Source: Mobula hypostoma (taxonomy: Eukaryota). From it: 64,000 nucleotides of DNA. The notes below the pieces were generated by a model. That model saw only the letters and a program-made list of their open reading frames with translations. It was not told the DNA's origin and did not search any database. The first letter of the stretch is position 1, and every line of letters begins with the position of its first letter. Both the position numbers and the translations under genes were made by a program. This document shows, one piece after another, positions 54,501 to 64,000 of this stretch. The DNA lies in contig NC_086108.1 of the NCBI RefSeq assembly GCF_963921235.1, positions 13,578,001-13,642,000 of the forward strand. Direction: 5' to 3'.

Positions 54501-54921
54501 CAGAGTACAGAACACTGAAATGAGCCACTCGACTGACAAAGTTGCCTGCATGAGCTGATTCTGACTTGGAAATGGAATTTGTAAGCAACATTATTTAACA
54601 GCACACTGGGGCATTTGAGCTTTCACTTTACGATGTTTTAGCTTCAGGGTTTAAGAGAACAATCAAAGTTGAAACTGAGGTCCACATTTTACCACTGTGT
54701 TACGCTATCTGTTGATGTAAAATAGCTGTAACAATTAACATGATTACATACAGTAAAACAATCCCATGGAACACTTGTCGATATTGGGTCCGATTTCAAA
54801 GGTGAAAGAGCAACAAATCACAGGATTTTATTCTTGTGAATTAAAGTTCAAAACAAATTTATTATCAAAATACATAATGTATACTGTTACCATGTACTAG
54901 TTTTTATTACTAAAGTGCGTA

Positions 54922-55421
54922 CTCTCAGTGGCCATTTTATTAGGTATATCTGCTTATTAATGCAAATATCTAATCAGCCAATTATGTGGCAGCAACTCAA
55001 CGTATAAAAACGTAGACATTGTCAGTTGTTTTTCAGACCAAACATCAGAATGGGAAGAAAGGTGATCCAACTGACTTTGATCATGCAATTATTGGTGCCC
55101 AAAAAGATGGTTTGAGTATCTCAGAAACTGCTGATCTCCTAGTATTTTCACGCACGTCTCTACAGTGTATAGAGAATGGTGTGATTAACAAAAAACATCC
55201 AGACAGCAGCAGTTCTGAGAACAAAAACACTTATTAATTAGATAGGTCAGAAGAAAATGGCCAGACTGGATCAAAGTGACAGGAAGGTGAGAGTAGCTCA
55301 AATAACCACCTGATACTACAGCAGAGCATCTCTGACCACACAAACCTTAAAATGGATGGGTACAGCAGCAGAAGACCACATCCAGTTCCATTACTGTACC
55401 AAATAAAGTGGCTACTGAGTG
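54922..55421 (+). mobile_element. Short non-autonomous Tc1-like element
   Basis: TIRs ctctcagtggccattttatt and aataaagtggctactgagtg; remnant GLSISETADLL. Confidence 0.8.
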
Positions 55422-56875
55422 TGTATGTTACCACATAGGACCTGATTCATTTATTTTCAGGCAATTTACAGGAAAAACATACAAAGAATTTATTAAACGC
55501 TATCCATAAACAGAGGCCAACACATAACCATGTGCAAAAGACAACAAATCGTGCAAACCAAAAACCATACTGAGAACGTGAGTTGTAAAGAATCCTTTAA
55601 AGTGAGTTTGTAGGTCATAGACCCAGTTCAGAATTGTGGTGACTGAAGTTATCCTTGCTGGTTCTGAAGACTGATCATTGTAGGGTAATCATTTTTCCTG
55701 AACTTGATGGACTGTGACATTTTGTCCGATGGCAGTATTGAAAAGAGGACATGGCATGGATGGTGGTGGGGTAATGCGTTCTTGTGACAGCACTCCATGT
55801 AATTGTGTTCCTTTGGGCAGCATGGTAATGTAGCAAGTGTATTGCTATTATAACACCAGGATCAATTCCACTGCTATCTATGAGTTTACATGTTCTCCCC
55901 ATGCTCCAGTTTCTTCTCACATTCCAAAGATGTATGAGTTGGTAGGTTAATTGTCCAATGGCTGTAACTGGGTGGCCTGGGGTCGTTGTGCCAGAACGGC
56001 CTGTTTCATAGCTGTACCTATTAAATAAATAAAACTATGCACCTATCTAAGAGTCTCAAATGTTTCTGCCTTTACAACCACCTCAATAATTTGTTCCATA
56101 CACTTATCACTCTTAAGTCTACAGAATAGAGTAACTGAACCCTTCCTGTTTCTGCCTTCCACCCTTTCTTCAGCTGTGATCAGTCTCTATGTTCTAAACC
56201 ATCTTGAAACTGTAGCTGAACCCTCCCAACGCATTTCTGATATACTCAAAATAAATCATCTGAGCAACAACAACCTTGCACTCAATGACAGCAAGATCAA
56301 AGAACTGATTATGGACTTCAGGAAAGGGAAGTCAAAGGTACACATACCAGTCCTCATAGAGGGATCAGCAGTGGAAAGAGGAGCAGTTTCAAGTTCCTGG
56401 GTGTCAACATCTCTGACGATCTATCCTGGGCCTAACATATTGATGCAATTACAAAGGTGGCATTAGGAGTTTAAGGAGCCGTGGTATGTCACCAAAGACT
56501 CTTACAAATTTTTACAGACATCACGGAGAGCATTCTAACTAGCTGCGTCACTATATTCTATGGAGGGCCCACTGCACAGGATCAGAAAAGGCTGCAGAAA
56601 GTTACAAACTCAGCCAGCTCCATCATGAGCACTAGCCTCCCCAACATCGAGGCCATCTTCAAAAAGACAGCATCCATGATCAAGGACTCTCACCACCTAG
56701 GATATGCCTCCTTCTCATTGCTATCATCCCAAAGACACAGTCAACGTTTCAGGAATAGCTTCTTCTCCTCCGCTTCAGATTTCTGAATAGACGGTGAATC
56801 CATGAACATTACCTCAGTTTTCCTTCCTCTCCCTTTCTGCACTGCTTAATATACAAACACATACATATATATGTA

Positions 56876-57645
56876 CAGTGCCTTTAAAAAGTATTCATCC
56901 CTTTTTATTATTTAACAACATTGAATCCCAATGGATTTAATTTGGTTTTTTTGACGATGATCAAGAGAAAAGATTTTCATGTCAAAGTGAAAATAAATTT
57001 TGACAAATTCGGCTAAATTTATTACTATTATTAACACAAAATAATTTAATGCGTAATTACTCACTCGCTTCAAATCAGTATTTAGTAGATGCCCCTTTGG
57101 CAGTAATCACAGCCTTGAGTCTGTGTGGATAGGTCTCTATCAGCTTTGCACATCTGGACACTGTAATTCTTTCCCATTCTTCTTTATAAAACTGCTCAAG
57201 GTCTGCCAGATTGCACGGGGATCGTGATTGAACAGCCCTTTTCAAGCCCAGCCACAAATTCTCAATTGGATTGAGGTCTGGATTCTGACTTGGCCGCTAA
57301 CTGTGCTGTTTATAAGCCAATCCAGTGTAGCTTTGGCTTAATGCTTGGGGTCATTGTCTTGCTGGAAAACAAATCTTCTCCCAAGTTAGTTCTTTTGCAG
57401 ACTGTATCAGGTTTTCCTTCAAGATTTCCCTGTATTTTGCTGCATTCATTTTACCTTCTACCTTCACAAACCTTGCCGGGCCTGCTGCAGTGAAGCATCC
57501 CCACAGCATGATGCAGCCACATTTCGCAGCAGGAATGGTGTGTTTGGCTTAAGCCAAGCATAGTGTTTAGTCTGATTCGCAAAAAGCTCAATTTTGATTT
57601 CATCAGACCATAGAAACTATTTCTATCTGACTTCACAGTCTCCCA
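56876..57645 (-). mobile_element. Tc1-like transposon 3' half, family D
   Basis: TA followed by CAGTGCCTTTAAAAAGTATTCA; C-terminus YPHRLKAVITAKGASTKY. Confidence 0.85.
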
Positions 57646-59531
57646 CATTTCAATGACAGACTCTGTCATCTTCTTCAGGGATGCCTGGGTTAAGTCTCAT
57701 CATACTCACGTATCTCCATCTCTGTTAAAATTCTTTTCCTGTAGTTTTATTTCAATATCTTCCTTTACCAGGCAATCTCAAAAGCCATTGGCACGGCACA
57801 GTACAGTGGTTTTGCGCCAAAATCAATCCTATGGCCACTGTGAATACAGTGTTCTGCTACCACCAATTTCTCCCAGTAACACAAACAGATACACCTCCTG
57901 TGTACCTTGATGTAGGTTTCCACCATGCGATCTCTCTGCCCGATAAATGCTGCTCCATGTTCACTGGGAATCGCCAGCTGGCCGAAGTCCCAGATCATCT
58001 CTGACTCGCATAAGCTGCAAGTTGAGCTTCCTTATGGATTTATGGATGATATTTAACCAGTATTTCTTCAGGATCCTGGCGATCCTTCCAGAAACTGTGG
58101 AAATATAGGGAAGACAGGCGATAACGATGGATTCCTCCTCGTTGTTAGGTTACTATCTTAAGGTTGTCGAGTTACTGTCTCGCTAAGCACTCAACAACCA
58201 TGCTATCACCCTTTGTTTGGGGGCTGTTCAACTTTGTTAAAAGAATAATCAACATCCAGCTGAACCCAGAGCACATAATGGTCAGTTTCAATGTGGTGTC
58301 CCTGTTCACGAGAGTTTCCATGAAGGACAGCTTGGTCCTCCTTCATTCAAAGTTTGAGGGGAACTACTTTGAACAAGTGGATGGAGTGGCCACGGAATCA
58401 CCCTTGTCACTGGCTATTGCTAATTTCTACATAGAGGACTTTGAGGAGAGGCTCTTAGTTCATTAGGCTTATACTCAAAATATTTCTTCAGATACATCGA
58501 TGACAACTTCGTAGTGTGGCCTTGTGAACTCCAGGCACTTCAACAGTTTCACAACCACCTGAACAGCATACATTCAAACATTCAATCAATGATGGAGATG
58601 GAGAACAACGGTTGCTTCCCGTTCCTGGACATTCTAATATGTCGCAAACCAGACAGTAGCCTTGGACCTGGCATCCATCAGAAACCCACTCACACAGATT
58701 TATATCTCAACAATAACAGCCATCATCATGCCTCCCAACAAAGGGCGGTTCTTTCAACTTGATTAACCGTGTAAATACTTCAGACCTAGAGAGTTTCGAC
58801 ATTCCTACAGAATGGCTACAAGGAGAAGGAAATCAATTGGTCCCATAACAAGGGCTGATAGAAAAACCAGGAAACCTAACAATGAGGAGGAAACCGTCAT
58901 TACCGCCTGAATTGCCTATATTTCTATGGTTTCTGAAGAATCGCCAGGATCCTGAAGAAATACCGGATTAATACCATCCACAAACCCGTGAGGAAGCTCA
59001 AGTCACAGCTTATGCAGGTCAAAGATGACCTAGGACTTCGATCAGCTGATGTTTATTGGATTCTCTGTGAATGCGGAGCAACATATATCGGCCAGACAGG
59101 ACACACGGTGGAAATCCGCATCAAGGAGCATAGGAGGTACATTAGTGGAACACTGCATTTGCAATGGCCATAGGATTGATTTCGACGGCTCAAAACTACT
59201 GCGCCGTGTAATGGGTTTTGAGACTGCCTGTTAAAGGAAGCCATTGAGATAAAGCTAGAGGAAAAATTTTTTGACAAAAACAAGGTTTCACTCAAAGAAA
59301 GAACTGGAATTTGTTTGTAAACAAGGTGGGTGAGCAAAAATGAATTAAATGAGTACTAACCAATCAGAAGGGGTGGACTTCGGGGGGGGCGGGAGGGAGG
59401 GGAGAGATATAATTACCGCTGGACTAGATTCACCCAGGCATCACCCCGAAGAAAATGACAGAGTTTGTCACCGAAACATCAATTATAGTCAATACCTGTA
59501 CTTGGCTTGAAGCCCGTGAAGAGTTTATTCA
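57645..59531 (+). mobile_element. Penelope-like element, second family: inverted partial copy (57645-58155) plus RT-GIY-YIG body (58200-59531)
   Basis: Motifs VSFNVVSLFT, GVATESPLS, RYIDD, PFLD, QKPTHTDLYL and VYWILCECGATYIGQT. The segment 57645-58155 is the reverse complement of about 58870-59480. Confidence 0.9.
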
Positions 59532-60195
59532 CAACAGAATGGTTTAAAAAGAAGAAAATTTGTGTTTTGGAATGGCCATGACAGAGTCCAGACCTTCACC
59601 CAATTGAGATGCTGCGGCATGACTGAAGAGAGCTGTTAAGGCAAGGTATCCCAAAAAAACTATCAACTGAAACAGTTTTGTATGGAGAATTGATCTAAAG
59701 TTCCTCCTCTCCATTCGTATACATGTACACACAAACGTATTAGTAATTTATAATTTTTACTATTAGGTATTGCAATGTACTGCTGCTCCAAAACAACAAA
59801 TTTCACAGTATATGCCAGTGATATAAAACATGATTTTGACTCTGAATAACGTGTATTCGTACTGCACATTTACAAGACACTTCAGAATAGCAGCGAACAG
59901 AATGTAGCACTATAGAATAGAGGGGAATTTAGGCATCACAAACAACAGGACAACATGCTTGAAGCTTAATATCAATCAATATGGCTCCCGGTTAACAAGC
60001 TAGGGGCATATAATACTTGAGGCAATGCCATGGGCCTAACGATTTCCATCCATGGCACAGCACATCAGTGGATCTAAACTCTGCATAAGCCAAAATTTCC
60101 CACTGAAACAGATTCTTCGGTTTGAACCCAATCATTTAAAAATATCTGACCACAATTTATACTGGTTAAGGTTGTAAAATAAATCAACAGCTCAC

Positions 60196-60253
60196 CTGTG
60201 AACCTCCACTGAAACCATGGTGCTGGGAATATTCAGGAGAGTCCATAATGCTA
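60196..60253 (-). CDS. COP1: COP1 exon (S/SIMDSPEYSQHHGFSGGSQ)
   Basis: Flanked by ttttcag and gtgagc, 58 nt. Matches human [20 protein letters not shown]; phase 2 to 0. Confidence 0.92.
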
Positions 60254-60348
60254 CTGAAAAGTATACAAGAATAAGGATTAGGAATGTTGTCACGGAAGTT
60301 ACAGCACAGGAGGTCATTCAGTCCACTGCACCTGTGCCAGCACTTTAC

Positions 60349-60440
60349 TGCAAGGTTAGGGAGAACGAGCCACAGTGCACATCTCGTGAGTGGAGCAACT
60401 CACGAGATGTGCACTGTGGCTCGTTCTCCTTAACCTTGCA
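60349..60440. repeat. 43-bp inverted repeat with a 6-nt loop
   Basis: 60349-60391 pairs with 60398-60440 with a single mismatch. Confidence 0.95.
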
Positions 60441-61129
60441 AATTTTTCCTTACCATTTATCAAATTTACTCTTAATGAAATATTGTTATAATCATGTAAA
60501 ATAAAACAGAATGAAAGACACTTGAAGATAGCTAGCTATAGTAAATTTCCAACTGATAATTGCAATGTGACAAATTGCATTATTTAAATGAGTTCAAAAC
60601 GAATCACTTTGCTCATCAGAATTCAATACACCAACATAGAGAATGTTGGTAAGCAGTATTGCTCATTTAGCCAGCTCACCATTTAAAAGATAATTCGATC
60701 TCTGATCTTGTGTTGCTGTCACATCACTCTCATCCAAATTTCCTGAACCAGTTGAGTAAAAAAGATAATCTTTATTTTTAAAAGTGTGTTAATAAACCAA
60801 ATGGGTTTTAAGACAATTTGGCCAGTTCATAATCACCATTACTGAAATACTTAATATACCAAATTTAAACTGACAGCTCTGGATCATCAACCCAAGACTT
60901 TGGATTGCTTGCACAGTGATTAAAACATTAGTTTGTTGGTCATGAGGAATGTTAAGAATTCTACTGAAGGACAGGTTCATGGGATCATGTTGCTAATAAG
61001 GAATGGACAATTCAAAGTATTAAAACTTGTGTTATTTATTCAAAAATCAATTGGAGTTATCATTTATTAATCAAATACAATGCACATTTTTATGACAGTT
61101 ACCCACAAACTCAAAAAAGTGATAAGTAC

Positions 61130-61242
61130 CTGTGTGATGGGGATGGTGCTTCAAACTGTGGAACTGTGCTATCCAGATTTGGCACATGAGTCAACTCACT
61201 CATAGGAGAATACAGACCTGTTGGCTCATTGAATATCAGCCC
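61130..61242 (-). CDS. COP1: COP1 internal exon (GLIFNEPTGLYSPMSELTHVPNLDSTVPQFEAPSPSH/S)
   Basis: Flanked by tttcag and gtactt. The translation matches the recalled human COP1 segment GLYSP...DSTVPQFEAPSPSHS and ends in phase 2, compatible with the next exon. The acceptor was chosen by phase. Confidence 0.85.
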
Positions 61243-62789
61243 CTGAAAGAAATCCTTACATTAAATGCATTCCATTCTCATTCGGGTTGATAATGTTCTT
61301 CCATCTTCACCACCACCTTTTTACATCTTTTCATTTTTGCCTTAAAACTTTATTGCTTGGAGTGTAGGAGACTGAGGGGTGAACTTACAGAGACTGTCTT
61401 GAGGGGCATAGATAGGGTGAACAGATGGTATTCTCCACCCCCCCAGGAAAATTAAAAACTAGAAGGAATAGGTTTAAGAACCATGTCTCGTCCAAAAACC
61501 AATACACTTAGAAACTTTGCGCTGCCATTTCTATACTTTAAACCACATGCCAGTATTAACTATGAATAGTTGATGCAGCTCTTCATCCAAGATAATCCAA
61601 CAGAACCTCTCAAACTAACATCTACCATTGAGGACAGGAGCTTAGACACATGACAATACCACCATATACAAACCCCGCTTCATGTCACACAGCTTTCTAA
61701 CTTATTAATATATTACTTGTCTCTCAAAATCCTTGATCTGCCTCCACATCAGCACTGTGCAAGCACCTTTTTCATATGGACTGCAACAATTCAAGACTCA
61801 ATTTCACAAGGGAAATCAGCAATAATCACACCTATAAAAAAGGGGCTTAAATAAAAAGTGTCTGCATTGCTGAGACCTTGGCTTAGCTCCCTTCTTCACT
61901 TAGCTCCTTGCCATTCACCCCTGAGCCTTTGTTTCCTTTGACTTCCAAACTCTCACTAATTTTCTGCCTTCCACACCCGGCCTTGCTTCTCTCTATCTAA
62001 ATCAGGTTTTTATGCCCTTGCCATGGCAGTCTAATTGCACGAGATAACTTCCTCCAATGATTCTGTTCCAAATGCACTGCAAACAATCCAACACGTACAA
62101 GTGTCATCTCCCAGGTAAGGTTCCCAGTACACGAGAAAATGTGCAGATCCTGGAAATCCAAAACCACCACACACAATCTGCTGGGGGAACTTAGCAGGTC
62201 AGGCAGCATTTATAGAAAAGAGTCAACTGTCGACGTCTTGGGTGGAGACCCTTCTTCAGGACTTGGTAAAGTTCTCAGTACCACATGAACTAAATCCTTC
62301 CCTCTTAGCTGCATCTGTCAGCATCCTTCCTTCTACAGTACTCTCAAGTACATGGGATGAAAAGTAAACTGATATCCCAAAAACCTCGCAAAGACGACCT
62401 CAACACTTTTTCTACTTCCATCACCAATATGGACCATGAACGAGTCATAAATTTGTACAGTACAGAAATGGGCCCTGAAGCCCACTACATCCATGCCAAC
62501 ACCTCTGCCCATTACTTCATCAATTCTTCTACTCATCTTCTTAAGTCCATCTAAATGCCTCTTCAATAGAGCAATTGTATCTGATTCTACTTCCTCTTCT
62601 GGCAGTGTGCTCACTGTATTAAAAAAAATCCTTCCTCTCACCTTAAGCCTATACCCTTTTGTTTTTGATACTTCTAGTATGGGGAAAAACATTTTACCTA
62701 CCTTGCCCATGCCTCAAGATCTTACATATTACTGTCGACCTTCTTCACTCCAAGGAAAACAAGTCCAGCCCATCCTTTCTCCTCACACC

Positions 62790-63585
62790 AGTCCCGACTA
62801 GGAGTTGAGGATGCCATCATCTACCTGCTGAACCGTGTCTACGCCCACCTGGACAAGCCAGCGAGCACTGTGAGGGTCATGTTTTTTGACTTCTCCAGTG
62901 CGTTCAACACCATCTGCCCTGCTCTGCTGGGGGAGAAGCTGACAGCGATGCAGGTGGATGCTTCCCTGGTATCATGGATTCTTGATTACCTGACTGGCAG
63001 ACCACAGTACGTGTGCTTGCAACACTGTGTGTCCGACAGAATGATCAGCAGCACTGGGGACTGTCTTGTCTCCCTTTCTCTTCACCATTTACACCTCGGA
63101 CTTCAACTACTATACAGAGTCTTGTCATCTTCAGAAGTTTTCGGATGACTCTGCCATAGTTGGATGCATCAGCAAGGGAGATGAGGCTGAGTACAGGGCA
63201 ACGATAAGATACTTTGTCACATGGTGTGAGCAGAATTATCGGCAGCTTAATGTGAAAAAGACTAAGGAGCTGGTGGTAGACCTGAGGAGAGCTAAGGTAC
63301 CAGTGACCCCTGTTTCCATCCAGGGGGTCAGTGTGGACATGGTGGAGGATTACAAATACCTGGGGATACGAATTGACAATAAACTGGACTGGTCAATGAA
63401 CACTGAGGCTGTCTACAAGAAGGGTCAGAGCCGTCTCTATTTCCTGAGGAGACTGAGGTCCTTTAACATCTGCCGGACGATGCTGAGGATGTTCTATGAG
63501 TCTGTGGCGGCCAATGCAACCACGTTTGCTGTTGTGTACTGGGGCAGCAGGCTGAAGGTAGCAGACAACAACAGAATCAACAAAA
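62790..63585 (+). mobile_element. Young Rex1/Babar-like LINE RT
   Basis: Motifs FFDFSSAFNTI, LSPFLFTIYT, KFSDD, KTKELVVD and QSRLYFLRRL. Confidence 0.92.
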
Positions 63586-64000
63586 ACAACAGGAATTCTG
63601 CAGATGCTGGAAATTCAAGCAACATACATCAAAGTTGCTGGTGAACGCAGCAGGCCAGGCAGCATCTATAGGAAGAGGCGCAGTCGACGTTTCAGGCCGA
63701 GACCCTTCGTCAGGACTAACTGAAGGAAGAGTGAGTAAGGGATTTGAAAGCTGGAGGGGGAGGGGGAGATGCAAAATGATAGGAGAAGACAGGAGGGGGA
63801 GGGATGGAGCCGAGAGCTGGACAGGTGATAGGCAGAAGGGGATACGAGAGGATCATGGGACAGGAGGTCCGGGAAGAAAGACGGGGGGGGGGGGGGGTGA
63901 CCCAGAGGATGGGCAAGAGGTATATTCAGAGGGACAGAGGGAGAAAAAGGAGAGTGAGAGAAAGAATGTGTGCATTAAAAAGAGTAACAGATGGGGTACG
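63586..64000 (-). mobile_element. PLE 3' terminal region with a pyrimidine-rich tract on the minus strand, interrupting the Rex1 element
   Basis: Same ctgcagatgctggaaattc repeat family as the copies at 5650, 16279, 43228, 47284 and 62130. The link to PLEs is inferred from the hammerhead motif. Confidence 0.7.
63682..63717 (-). ncRNA. Minimal type I hammerhead ribozyme motif
   Basis: AGUC-CUGACGA-AGG(GUCUCGG)CCU-GAAACGUC-GACU: stem I, catalytic core, stem II, palindromic ACGU stem III and a GUC cleavage triplet. Confidence 0.8.

Noticed and set aside
62228..62263. Hammerhead copy as an active ribozyme
   Set aside because: GAAAC is mutated to AAGAC, so the catalytic G12 is lost.

Overview
This is vertebrate genomic DNA, most likely from a cartilaginous fish (inferred from the dense CR1/HER1-type LINEs and HE1-like SINEs). 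The window lies inside a minus-strand COP1 (RFWD2) E3 ligase gene. Seven GT-AG exons, read by eye, splice in frame from the coiled-coil/WD40 linker into the WD40 repeats: 61130-61242, 60196-60253, 49362-49473, 42099-42234, 40563-40706, 32306-32414 and 6115-6196. The rest of the gene lies outside the window. The introns are almost entirely nested transposable elements: many CR1 LINEs, Rex1/Babar-like LINEs, SINEs, at least five Tc1 families, a Gypsy element lacking RT, a degraded class I ERV with env, solo-LTR-like pieces, a Tigger/pogo element and two Penelope-like (PLE) families. The most notable signals are: (1) minimal type I hammerhead ribozyme motifs in PLE terminal repeats, with one intact-looking copy in COP1 sense orientation and fold-back copies; (2) a Tigger element that closely resembles mammalian MER2/Tigger3; (3) a near-perfect 43-bp hairpin next to a COP1 exon; (4) absence of the human ATM SQ site in COP1; (5) inverted TE pairs that bracket an in-frame block of exons. 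Most ORFs in the supplied track are TE debris. TE boundaries without a stated TSD or TIR are approximate.
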